A stretch of 64,000 nucleotides of DNA from Polyangiales bacterium (GTDB lineage: Bacteria > Myxococcota_A > Polyangia > Polyangiales > Houyiibacteriaceae). The stretch lies in the NCBI GenBank assembly GCA_045106895.1, contig JBGCFM010000016.1, positions 1 through 64,000 on the forward strand. The letters run 5' to 3'. The position numbers were made by a program, and so were the translations under genes. Within the stretch, counting starts at the first letter, position 1; each line of letters begins with the position of its first letter. Positions 8,490-18,024 of the stretch are shown in pieces. The notes beneath the pieces are model-generated. The model was not told the origin of the DNA and made no database searches. It saw only the letters and a program-made list of their open reading frames with translations.

Positions 8490-9242
8490 ATGCGGGCGCT
8501 TCCCTTCGTACTTTTGCTCGTTTGCTGCGTCGCCGAGACTCCGAGCATCTGCGACGAAGCGTACGCGCACGTAAACGGCTGCTTCGGCGAAAGCACTCCG
8601 GCGGAGTCCGCAGACTCCTGCGACGTCAGCGTTGCCGAGGCGTTGCTCGAACAGTCTTGCGAAGATCTTTCCCTCCGTCTCGGTGACCGCAAGTCGGACC
8701 TCTTTGACGGTCGCCTCGCGGCGTTCGGCTGCCGCATCGGTCTGTACCGCTACTGCGAAGTTCCAATGTGTGGTGCAGAGGAAGACGAGCCCCCAAGCGA
8801 GCTTCCCGAATCACTGTATCTTGGAGCGTCGTCGTGTGCGGATGCGCTTCGCTATGAGGGATGTGGCGCCTGCGCGTACTACACCTGCCGCGAAGCCGAA
8901 GCTCAGTGCGGCGACGACGGATATCTCTTGGGCTTTGCGCACAAGTACTGCGAACGATATCGGCTCGTGACGGAGCAGCGCATTAGTCCTGCAGGGCAGG
9001 GGTGGCTTCGCCGAGTCCGCCGCTGCCTCATCGAAGAGCTCGAGTCTTCCGAAGCGACGACCTGCGAAGAGCTTGAGCGCTCGGGCTTTGAGAGTCACCC
9101 GCGTTGCTACACGCAAACCGGGTTCTGCGACTTGCCTATCGGTGACTGGGCCGGCGTGCTCAACACCATCGATCCCTCGGACCTCCGACTCCGAGAGGTC
9201 TTTGTGACGGGGCATGAGTGTCTGCGTGAGTGGCTTCGTTAA
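8490..9242 (+). CDS. Secreted Cys-rich protein with putative stanniocalcin-like C-terminal domain
   Basis: Signal peptide; C-terminal pattern CG..GYLLGFAHKYC...W...VRRCL...TC..L....FESHPRCY..TGFCDL. Confidence 0.7.
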   Translation: MRALPFVLLLVCCVAETPSICDEAYAHVNGCFGESTPAESADSCDVSVAEALLEQSCEDLSLRLGDRKSDLFDGRLAAFGCRIGLYRYCEVPMCGAEEDEPPSELPESLYLGASSCADALRYEGCGACAYYTCREAEAQCGDDGYLLGFAHKYCERYRLVTEQRISPAGQGWLRRVRRCLIEELESSEATTCEELERSGFESHPRCYTQTGFCDLPIGDWAGVLNTIDPSDLRLREVFVTGHECLREWLR

Positions 9243-9246
9243 ACGC

Positions 9247-9278
9247 GCGAGGCGAAAGCCCGGGAGCTTTCGCTTCGC
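9247..9278. terminator. Hairpin between convergent genes (probable bidirectional terminator)
   Basis: GCGAGGCGAAAGC-ccggga-GCTTTCGCTTCGC, 13-bp stem with one G-U pair. Confidence 0.6.
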
Positions 9279-9305
9279 ATCTTGTCGCTGAGGAAAGTGC
9301 GCTTG

Positions 9306-10118
9306 TTAGTTCATCCGTACGGAGCCCGCGGGCGGCTGGTAGTGGAAGCGCTCCGCGCTCAGGACACGGTTGAAGCGCATGGAGCGGAACGTGAGCGTGT
9401 TGCGGTTGCCGTCGTGGTCGTCGATGCGAATGCGGTGAACGACACCCTCGCGGCCCGAGCGACCATCGACGTAAAGGAGCACGCGTCGAACGCCTGCATC
9501 GGCGACTTTGGGTCGAAGTTCGAGGAGGGAACCGCGCCACCCGTAACGCTCGGCGTCGAGCAGTCGGTAGTTGTAGTCTTCGTCGATGCGGGTGTGACCC
9601 ATGAGGAAGGCGAAGCCCTGGTGCGTCGTGTCGCTGCTTGAGCGCATCTTTGCGTACTGCCCAGGTTCGCCGTCGTCGCCTGGTTCGTACATGGTTAGGT
9701 AACCGCTCGACGCGACCATGACTTTTCCGTTCGAGTAGTCGAAACGCATGCGCCCTGGCTTGTCGAGAATGAGCGTGCCAGTGGCGCGTTCCGTCGTCCG
9801 GTAGAGGCCGTGGTAGTAGCTCTGCGAGAAGCGGGTCTGAAGTGTATCGGTGCGGTCGTAGAACGACTGCACCTGGGACGCGACGCGCGCAGAACGCGAC
9901 ATCGGCGCGCTTAGTGCGCTCGCGCCTTCGTCGCTGATTTCTCCGTTGTCGGCGAAGGCGATACTTGGAAGCGCGAGGAGCATCATGGTCAACACGATGC
10001 GACGGGAGCGCCCATGACCACGTGTCGCGTGTCGTGCTGTCTCACTCGAACATGCTGCGGACGGCGCGTTTGCAGCGGAAATGGTCTCAAGAGTCTGAAT
10101 GTCGGTGGAATTGCCCAT
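9306..10118 (-). CDS. lolA: Outer-membrane lipoprotein carrier LolA family protein
   Basis: F.Q.Y, G.L.L.KPGRMRFDY and D.DGNRN.LTF LolA pattern; ATG at 10118 follows AAGGAG. Confidence 0.8.
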   Translation of the reverse strand: MGNSTDIQTLETISAANAPSAACSSETARHATRGHGRSRRIVLTMMLLALPSIAFADNGEISDEGASALSAPMSRSARVASQVQSFYDRTDTLQTRFSQSYYHGLYRTTERATGTLILDKPGRMRFDYSNGKVMVASSGYLTMYEPGDDGEPGQYAKMRSSSDTTHQGFAFLMGHTRIDEDYNYRLLDAERYGWRGSLLELRPKVADAGVRRVLLYVDGRSGREGVVHRIRIDDHDGNRNTLTFRSMRFNRVLSAERFHYQPPAGSVRMN

Positions 10119-10225
10119 CGCGTTGTCTCCTTGTGAGTTCGACCACAGGGAGCCCCGGAACATTCATTTCCTGGTCCGGGATGCAGTACGCAGGGTCTTC
10201 GGAGAGTCGGCGTTCGTCCGAAAAG

Positions 10226-10996
10226 CTAGCGTGGCGCGTGCTCGACGAGCGCGCTTGTGAGGGCGTCCGGCGCATCCACATGAACCCAGTGCGCCGCGTC
10301 TTGGAACGTGATGACCGTTGCGCCGGCGCTCCGTGCTCGCTCGACGTCGGCGCTTGGCACCACGTTGGACTTTCCGCCGAGGAGGAAGGCCGTGTCGGTG
10401 TTCACTGCGCTCCACAAGTCTTGCTCAAAGTAGTCTGCAAGCAGGGCGTCGATGCGGTCCAGATCGACGCCGAAGACCATGCGCTCTCCGTCCTTTCGGA
10501 GGTTCATCGCAAGCCACATGGCGGTGGGCCGCGGGATAGAATGCTCCTCGTTCAGTGCCCGGACGAAGGCTCGGCGGTCGTCGAAGGAGGCGGGGAGCGC
10601 GCGAAGGGCTTTCAGAACTGCCAGAACGCTCTCGGAGCCGCGCTTGTCTGGGCGAGGGCTCGGTGTGGAGTCCACCACAAAGGTTCTGCAGGAATGAGCC
10701 GCAGCGTAGGCCAGGGCGACCTTTCCACCGAAGCTGTGGCCCAGGACAGCTGCCACGGGAATGGTGTGCTCCAGCGCCTCGAGATCTGCTGCACACTGGG
10801 CAAGCGTATCGGGCGGAGAATCGGCTGGCGACTCGCCGTGAGCCCGGAGATCTACGAGCACGGCGGAATAATCGGGGCGTTTTTCGACGAATCGCTGGGC
10901 GATGGATCGCCAATTCTGGCCTCGTCCGAGGATGCCATGAAGAAAAAGCATCGAACGTTCAGGTGCGCTGCCGGCGACGACTTGGCTGTGAAGCAT
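10226..10996 (-). CDS. Alpha/beta hydrolase (YbfF/ABHD11-like esterase)
   Basis: LHGILG, DLRAHGES, GHSFGG nucleophile elbow, AHWVHVD. Confidence 0.88.
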   Translation of the reverse strand: MLHSQVVAGSAPERSMLFLHGILGRGQNWRSIAQRFVEKRPDYSAVLVDLRAHGESPADSPPDTLAQCAADLEALEHTIPVAAVLGHSFGGKVALAYAAAHSCRTFVVDSTPSPRPDKRGSESVLAVLKALRALPASFDDRRAFVRALNEEHSIPRPTAMWLAMNLRKDGERMVFGVDLDRIDALLADYFEQDLWSAVNTDTAFLLGGKSNVVPSADVERARSAGATVITFQDAAHWVHVDAPDALTSALVEHAPR

Positions 10997-11185
10997 CCGC
11001 CGGTCTTAGCCTGTGTGCACCAAGAGGCCAGTTTAAGGCTTGGCGAAAACGGCCGTTAGCCCCAGACAATGGGCCTCAAGCACGGCGTCGCGCATTCGTT
11101 GCTCGATCTCCGATGGGGCAATCGAGTACCCTTCGCGTCGACGGCGCTATTTCGTTGGCGCCCAAACCTTCAACTGAGGAGCAGC

Positions 11186-12472
11186 ATGTCGAAAGATACC
11201 CTGAGCATTACCGATAACCGCACGGGAGAGTCCTACGAGGTCCCGGTCCAGAACGGCACCATCTCCGCGATGGATCTTCGGCAGATCAAAACCGGAGCCG
11301 ACGACTTCGGGCTCATGTCTTACGACCCGGCGTACAAGAACACCGCGTCCACAAAGAGCAAGATCACGTACATCGATGGTGGCAACGGCATCCTTCGCTA
11401 CCGCGGATACCCCATCGAGCAGCTTGCTGAGCAAGCGAGCTTCTTGGAAGTGTCGTACCTGCTTTACCACGGTGAACTTCCAAGCAAGCAGGAGCTCTCC
11501 GACTACCAGCACTCCATCACACACCACACGATGGTTCATGAGAACGTCCGCGAGCTCATCGACGCCTTCAGGTACGACGCTCACCCGATGGGCATTCTTG
11601 TCAGCACCTTCGGCGCACTGAGCACCTTCTATCCCGAAGCGAAGGACGTCCGTGACCCGGAGGTTCGTAAGCTTCAGATGCATCGCCTCATCGCGAAGAC
11701 GCCAACGCTCGCCGCGTACGCGTACCGTCATCGTCGTGGTCTTCCTTACGTCTACCCCGACAACGACCTCAGCTACTCCGGCAACTTCTTGAACATGCTC
11801 TTCAAGATGACCGAGGTGAAGTACCAGCCGAACCCTGCCATTGAGAAGGCTCTCGACGTGCTCTTCATCCTTCACGCGGACCACGAGCAGAACTGCTCGG
11901 CAAGCGCCATGCGCAGCGTCGGTTCAAGTGAGACGGACCCCTTCAGCGCAGCAGCAGCAGCGTCCGCAGCACTCTACGGACCACTCCATGGTGGTGCGAA
12001 CGAAGCGTGCGTTCGCATGCTCCGAGAGATCGGCTCCGTTGGGAACATCAAGAGCTACGTCGAGAAGGCCAAGAAGGGCGAAGTTCGCCTCATGGGCTTC
12101 GGTCACCGTGTCTACAAGAACTACGACCCGCGCGCGAAGGTCATCAAGAAGCTCGCCTACCAGGTCTTTGACGAGGTCGGTAAGAACCCTCTCATCGACA
12201 TCGCCACCGAGCTTGAGAAGATTGCTTTGGAAGACGAGTACTTCGTTAGCCGCAAGCTCTACCCCAACGTCGACTTCTACTCCGGCCTCATCTACCAGTC
12301 GATGGGCTTGCCGATGGACCTCTTCCCGGTTCTCTTCGCTATTGGCCGTATGCCCGGTTGGGTTGCTCAGTGGAACGAGATGGTCGGCGATAAGGAACAG
12401 AAGATCGCGCGTCCCCGCCAGGTTTACCTGGGTGAGGGGAAGCGGGACTACGTACCCATCTCTTCTCGCTAA
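11186..12472 (+). CDS. gltA: Citrate synthase
   Basis: LHADHEQN, GPLHGGANE, MGFGHRVYKNYDPR, YPNVDFYSG; GAGGAG RBS before ATG 11186. Confidence 0.97.
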   Translation: MSKDTLSITDNRTGESYEVPVQNGTISAMDLRQIKTGADDFGLMSYDPAYKNTASTKSKITYIDGGNGILRYRGYPIEQLAEQASFLEVSYLLYHGELPSKQELSDYQHSITHHTMVHENVRELIDAFRYDAHPMGILVSTFGALSTFYPEAKDVRDPEVRKLQMHRLIAKTPTLAAYAYRHRRGLPYVYPDNDLSYSGNFLNMLFKMTEVKYQPNPAIEKALDVLFILHADHEQNCSASAMRSVGSSETDPFSAAAAASAALYGPLHGGANEACVRMLREIGSVGNIKSYVEKAKKGEVRLMGFGHRVYKNYDPRAKVIKKLAYQVFDEVGKNPLIDIATELEKIALEDEYFVSRKLYPNVDFYSGLIYQSMGLPMDLFPVLFAIGRMPGWVAQWNEMVGDKEQKIARPRQVYLGEGKRDYVPISSR

Positions 12473-12476
12473 ACGC

Positions 12477-12575
12477 TTCTCCGCCCAGACCGCCGTGCTC
12501 TGCGTTGAGCTGCAGCTCGGCATCCACAGATGCCGTCGCTTTGCTCGCCTTGATCACGACGGCCTGGACGAAGAA
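12477..12575. repeat. REP/MITE-like long hairpin element with TGCGTTG...CGCCTTG internal motif
   Basis: 21-nt outer arms pair at 17/21; apex CGGCATC-CACA-GATGCCG; shares core motifs with the element at 26868-27025. Confidence 0.6.
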
Positions 12576-12682
12576 TCGCCGGGGTGTTTCTTGGGTCCTC
12601 GGACCCTGTGTGGCGCTCCAATCCGACGAAAGGCTCAGCATCGAACGATGTTGGGCCTAGACCGCCGCGACTGGCCTACGCT

Positions 12683-13834
12683 TCAGTAGATGCTGAAGCC
12701 GGCGCCGAAGCTTGGGTAGAAGGCCCCGTTGGCGGACCAGAAACCACCTCGAACGTCAAAGCTCAGACGAGTCGTAAGATCGACCTGAAAGATGCCGCCG
12801 CCGCCATAGTAGCCGCTGGCTTCAACGAAATCGCGATCCTCCTCTGTTCGCCGCGCGCGCGCGACCCCGCCTTCGAAGTAGAGGCCGAGGTTGGCTCGGC
12901 CGAGAGCAGGCGCGAACCCTTGAAACTCTCCACCGAAACGAACGTTCAAGAGCCCTGTGGCGCCCTGAATGTCTGTGACGACCTGGAAGCCGAGGTTGTG
13001 GATCGGGAAGCCCCCGATGCCGAAGCGGACGCCGCCGCCCCAAACGCGTTCGGGGGCGAGGGCTTCGAGTCTGCCGCCGGTGCCTGCCGCCGAGAGCACG
13101 AAGCCGCGACGATTGAGCGGCGCGCGACCAAGCTGAAAGACTCGGCCTTCGTGTGGATCGAGGATGGCGCCGTCTGCCCATGCGGCGACCTCTGGCGAGA
13201 TGTCCATGACCGGAACGCTCACCCATAGACGAGGTTGCGTTGGGCGCCGGCGGTAGAGGTGAAGAGGATGGTCGCCGTCGAGCTGGAGCCAACCGTCGTA
13301 GCGGGCGCCCTCGGAAAGCGCCAGCGCGAGAACGCCGGCGCTTACGGCCACGGCTGCGATGGCGACGATGACGAGGGCCGCTCGCCCGTCACGTACGCCG
13401 CTCCCGCCGCCGCCGCCGCCGCCGCTGGGTCGCGAAGTTCTTCCGCCAATGGCCCCGCCGCCACTTGGCTCCGCACGCGGCGCCGGTGCGCGAAGCTGAA
13501 CCTGGGCGTCCGACCCCCGAGAAATGCGCAGCCGTGGAGTACGCCGAACGATGGCGGCCCCGGCTTCACGCGCGGCGGCGCGTGCGACCAAAATGGACAT
13601 GTGTTGGGTGGCCGCTGGATCATTGTCGCTGATGTTCCCTGGACCGAAGGAGAGCTCTTGAGTCGCGTGAAGCACAGCGCCTCGTTCACTTCTCGGCTGA
13701 TGGGCGATGCGGTCGAGTTCGCTCGAGCGGATGCGATAGTTGGAACCGAGACAACCCGTGAGCAGAACCAGGAGGAGGGGCCAAATCAGTCCGCTCCGGA
13801 GAGGGCGTGCAAAGTGTCGAGTCGGTCGCAGCAT
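12683..13834 (-). CDS. Hypothetical lipoprotein with Gly-rich linker and probable C-terminal beta-barrel
   Basis: Lipobox LLTGC; alternating amphipathic strands ending in aromatic FSIY. Confidence 0.7.
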   Translation of the reverse strand: MLRPTRHFARPLRSGLIWPLLLVLLTGCLGSNYRIRSSELDRIAHQPRSERGAVLHATQELSFGPGNISDNDPAATQHMSILVARAAAREAGAAIVRRTPRLRISRGSDAQVQLRAPAPRAEPSGGGAIGGRTSRPSGGGGGGGSGVRDGRAALVIVAIAAVAVSAGVLALALSEGARYDGWLQLDGDHPLHLYRRRPTQPRLWVSVPVMDISPEVAAWADGAILDPHEGRVFQLGRAPLNRRGFVLSAAGTGGRLEALAPERVWGGGVRFGIGGFPIHNLGFQVVTDIQGATGLLNVRFGGEFQGFAPALGRANLGLYFEGGVARARRTEEDRDFVEASGYYGGGGIFQVDLTTRLSFDVRGGFWSANGAFYPSFGAGFSIY

Positions 13835-13839
13835 TCAAC

Positions 13840-14445
13840 TCACCTCGGCAGGAGCGTCACTCTTAGGTCGAAGGGAACATCACAGGACGTGACCGCTTCC
13901 AGCACGAGGACCAGGGTTTGTTCGTCGTCGATGCCCAAGGCAGTCTGCGTGCTGTTTGTAGAACCGCACGTTTGTACCCTGCCTTCGCAGCCGCCATCTC
14001 GTACCTCGATGGCGTAGCTCACCGCGCTGGAGAAACGCATTTCGAGGAGGCCGGCCTCAGCGGCGGTGACGGCGAAGGTCCAGTCCGAGGTTCCAGTGCC
14101 GCCGCAGCTAGACGCAACATCGTCGGCTAGCCCTCGCACAAGTGCGCCCGTGAACTGCTGCGGAACTCCCATCTCAAGTCTTGCAGCTTGGTTCGGGCAC
14201 GCACTGATGGTCGGGGCGCAGTTACCTTCCAAGACGCTGGGCGCGTCGACGCGAGGTGCATCCGTGACGGCAGCGTCAACGCTCCGAGCATCCACTCCAT
14301 CAGCGTCTTCGGCATCCGAAGTGGACGTCGCGTCGGCGAGCGTTGCTGCGTCTACCGCCGCCGCATCGCCGTCTCCGTCCCCGACGATTTCGATGCGCGT
14401 GAGTCCACAAGCGAACAACAAACACAAGACCAACGAGCGATACAC
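13840..14445 (-). CDS. Hypothetical lipoprotein (DA-rich linker, Cys-containing C-terminal domain)
   Basis: Lipobox LFAC; DAxx repeats typical of myxobacterial lipoproteins. Confidence 0.72.
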   Translation of the reverse strand: MYRSLVLCLLFACGLTRIEIVGDGDGDAAAVDAATLADATSTSDAEDADGVDARSVDAAVTDAPRVDAPSVLEGNCAPTISACPNQAARLEMGVPQQFTGALVRGLADDVASSCGGTGTSDWTFAVTAAEAGLLEMRFSSAVSYAIEVRDGGCEGRVQTCGSTNSTQTALGIDDEQTLVLVLEAVTSCDVPFDLRVTLLPR

Positions 14446-14490
14446 ATGGTCAGCCTACCGACGATGCGCGCGCCTGTCTTGGGAGTTTCC

Positions 14491-15192
14491 TCAAGCCAGT
14501 GAAGGCACAAGGGTGGCGAGAATATCGTCGAGATGAACGACCTCGTGTTCGCCGCTGATCCGTTTGGCGCGCGCCGTGATGCGTGGATCCGTCGGCTCGC
14601 GCTGGGCCTTGGTCATATTGTCGCGGAGCAAGCGTCGTGCCTCGTGAACCCGCCACGCGACGGTGCCTTCGCCCGTGTTGAGAACGACGGCGGCTTCTTT
14701 GTAGGAGAGCCCCTGAAGCGTGGTCAGAACGACCGTCGTTCGAAGCAGAGGCGACAAAGCGTCGAAGGCAGCTAGCAGGTGGCCGTACTTCTCCTGAAGC
14801 TCAAGGGCTCGGCGCGGGTCCCCGGCGGCGTCGACGGCGAGAGCAGCGGACACACGTGCATCTTCCAGTCCGACGGTGGGTCGCCGCCCGCGGTTCCTCT
14901 TGATGTTGAGCGCTCGATGGAGGGCGATCCGATAGAGCCACGTGAAGAACTCACTGCGGCCTTCAAACGCATCGAGGCGCCGGTAGGCCTGAAGGAACGC
15001 GTCTTGAGTGATATCGTCGGCGTCGCTTGGGCGACCGGTCAGATGAAGGGCCAGCGCGTAGATGCGTGGCCGGTAGAGCTCCACAAGCCGAGCAAATGCT
15101 CTCTCGTCGCCCTTCTTCGCGGCGGCAACCAGCTCCTGAGCCTCTCGGCCGCGGCGCTCAGCGGCCTGCTTTTTTGTGTCTTGTGCGCTCAT
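14491..15192 (-). CDS. ECF RNA polymerase sigma factor (sigma-70 family)
   Basis: DADDITQDAF, FFTWLYRIA (region 2); GLSYKEAA..L...EGTVAWRVHEAR (region 4). Start chosen at MSAQD after GGAG. Confidence 0.92.
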   Translation of the reverse strand: MSAQDTKKQAAERRGREAQELVAAAKKGDERAFARLVELYRPRIYALALHLTGRPSDADDITQDAFLQAYRRLDAFEGRSEFFTWLYRIALHRALNIKRNRGRRPTVGLEDARVSAALAVDAAGDPRRALELQEKYGHLLAAFDALSPLLRTTVVLTTLQGLSYKEAAVVLNTGEGTVAWRVHEARRLLRDNMTKAQREPTDPRITARAKRISGEHEVVHLDDILATLVPSLA

Positions 15193-15372
15193 CGCTCCAC
15201 TTGGACCCCTAACGTGCCAATGAATTGGGAATGTCATCAAAGTTTTTTTGACGGATCGCAGGCGAAGCTCTTCACGGCCCCGACGGTATCACTGACGATT
15301 GGCCGACATGACTCATATGGGTGAGGCGCGTGAGTCATGCCTCTCCTTGATCGACCTCTATGGATCTGTTAA

Positions 15373-16509
<1,137 letters not shown>

Positions 16510-16612
16510 GTCATCCCGTGCGCTTGTCGTTACGTGAGCTGGGCAGGAGACCAGCACGGGAAGAATTCTATCGGGACGGGCGTTCTCCGACGAATCGAAT
16601 CGGAATGCACAC

Positions 16613-17491
16613 GTGAATTATTTTCGCCGATTTAGAGATGCTACCATCTGCGTGGTTCTGCTGGTGTTGCCTTTCTTGGTGCTCAGCGCGAATCTAAAGG
16701 AGCCGTCGAATACGAACCTCCTCGACGACATGCTCCTCAACGCGAGCGCGCCGCTTCAGTGGGTCGCTGCGAAGAGCGCCCATGCCGTCGGCGGGGTTCT
16801 TGAGGAGTACGTCTTTCTCGTCGACGTGAAGCACGACAACGACCGCCTCGCCCTCGACAACGCGCGTCTCCAAGAAGAGACGCGGCGTTTGCGGAGCGAG
16901 GCGCGTGAAAACGACCGTCTGCGACAGCTCCTGCAGTTGCGTGCGCGCATTGGTGGTGAGTCCATCGCCGCGCAGGTTGTCAGCAAAGAGATCTCGCCCT
17001 TCTTTCGCGTCGTTCGCCTACGTGTGGACCGAGGAATGCGCGACCGAGTTCGTGAGGGCATGCCCGTTGTCTCCACTCAGGGACTCGTCGGCCAGGTGCG
17101 ACGGACCATCGGTCGCCACGCCGATGTTCTGTTGACCGTGGATGCCGAGAGTGCCGTTGACGTCGTTGTTCAACGAACTGGCGCCCGCGGGATGCTCCGC
17201 GGAACCGGCGAAACGAACCGTTACCTAAGTCGCATCCAGTTGCTCTCGCGTGACGATGAAGTTGAGGTCGGCGACGAAATCTACACGTCGGGACTGGGCC
17301 GACTCTTCCCCGCCTCGGTTCTCGTGGGTCGCGTGTCGCGAGTTTCGCGCGAAGAAGTGGGTCTCTTTCAAGAGGTCGACGTCACCCCTGCGGTGTCCTT
17401 TGGCAGCCTTGAAGAGGTCTTGATTCTCACCGCGACATCGCGCGAGAACGAAGTGCGTCACGGTCGTCAGTCCGAGGACGACGACGAATGA
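16613..17491 (+). CDS. mreC: Rod shape-determining protein MreC
   Basis: N-terminal TM, coiled coil EN.RLR.LL, GMPVV..GLVG, TSGLG..FP; operon position. Confidence 0.95.
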   Translation: MNYFRRFRDATICVVLLVLPFLVLSANLKEPSNTNLLDDMLLNASAPLQWVAAKSAHAVGGVLEEYVFLVDVKHDNDRLALDNARLQEETRRLRSEARENDRLRQLLQLRARIGGESIAAQVVSKEISPFFRVVRLRVDRGMRDRVREGMPVVSTQGLVGQVRRTIGRHADVLLTVDAESAVDVVVQRTGARGMLRGTGETNRYLSRIQLLSRDDEVEVGDEIYTSGLGRLFPASVLVGRVSRVSREEVGLFQEVDVTPAVSFGSLEEVLILTATSRENEVRHGRQSEDDDE

Positions 17492-18024
17492 ACCCGGGGG
17501 TGCGAGCTGCGCTCATCGTCGGCGCAGGCTTTGCCATGCTCTTGGCGCAATCGGCCCTTACGGTGGTTGCGCCGATCTTTCCTTTTGTGCCGAACCTCGT
17601 CTTGCCCGCTGTTCTCTTTCTTGGGGTGTCCCAGGATGTCCACATCACCCGAGGCGCCGGCATCGCGTTTGGCCTGGGCTACTTGGTCGATCTTTTCTGT
17701 GGCAACCTCATGAGCCTTCACACGTTCTTGTGCGTGGCCACGTTTCTTCTCGCGCGGGGCATGGGCCTTCGCCTCGTACTCCGAGCGCCGGGTTACCAGG
17801 CGGGCGCCGCGTTCTTTGTCGCGGTCCTTTATGGTGGCGCGTCGTTGACTCTCCGTACCGTGTTTGGCCGAGACGTACCGTTCCCCGCCGGCGGCTACAT
17901 GGAGACGCTCTGGGCGCTCTTGCCTCAGGCCATCGCCACCGCCGTTATCGCGCCTCTCGTTTTCTTGGTCGTCACGCGTCTCGAAGGCGTCAGCGCGAAA
18001 CGCCAAGAGGGAGCGACGTCATGA
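17488..18024 (+). CDS. mreD: Rod shape-determining protein MreD
   Basis: Hydrophobic, P.L.L and G...D motifs; lies between mreC and mrdA. Confidence 0.85.
   Translation: MNPGVRAALIVGAGFAMLLAQSALTVVAPIFPFVPNLVLPAVLFLGVSQDVHITRGAGIAFGLGYLVDLFCGNLMSLHTFLCVATFLLARGMGLRLVLRAPGYQAGAAFFVAVLYGGASLTLRTVFGRDVPFPAGGYMETLWALLPQAIATAVIAPLVFLVVTRLEGVSAKRQEGATS

Noticed and set aside
15196..15212. Sigma54-like TTGGCACG upstream of the ECF gene (minus strand)
   Set aside because: The -12 element is GGGT instead of TTGC.
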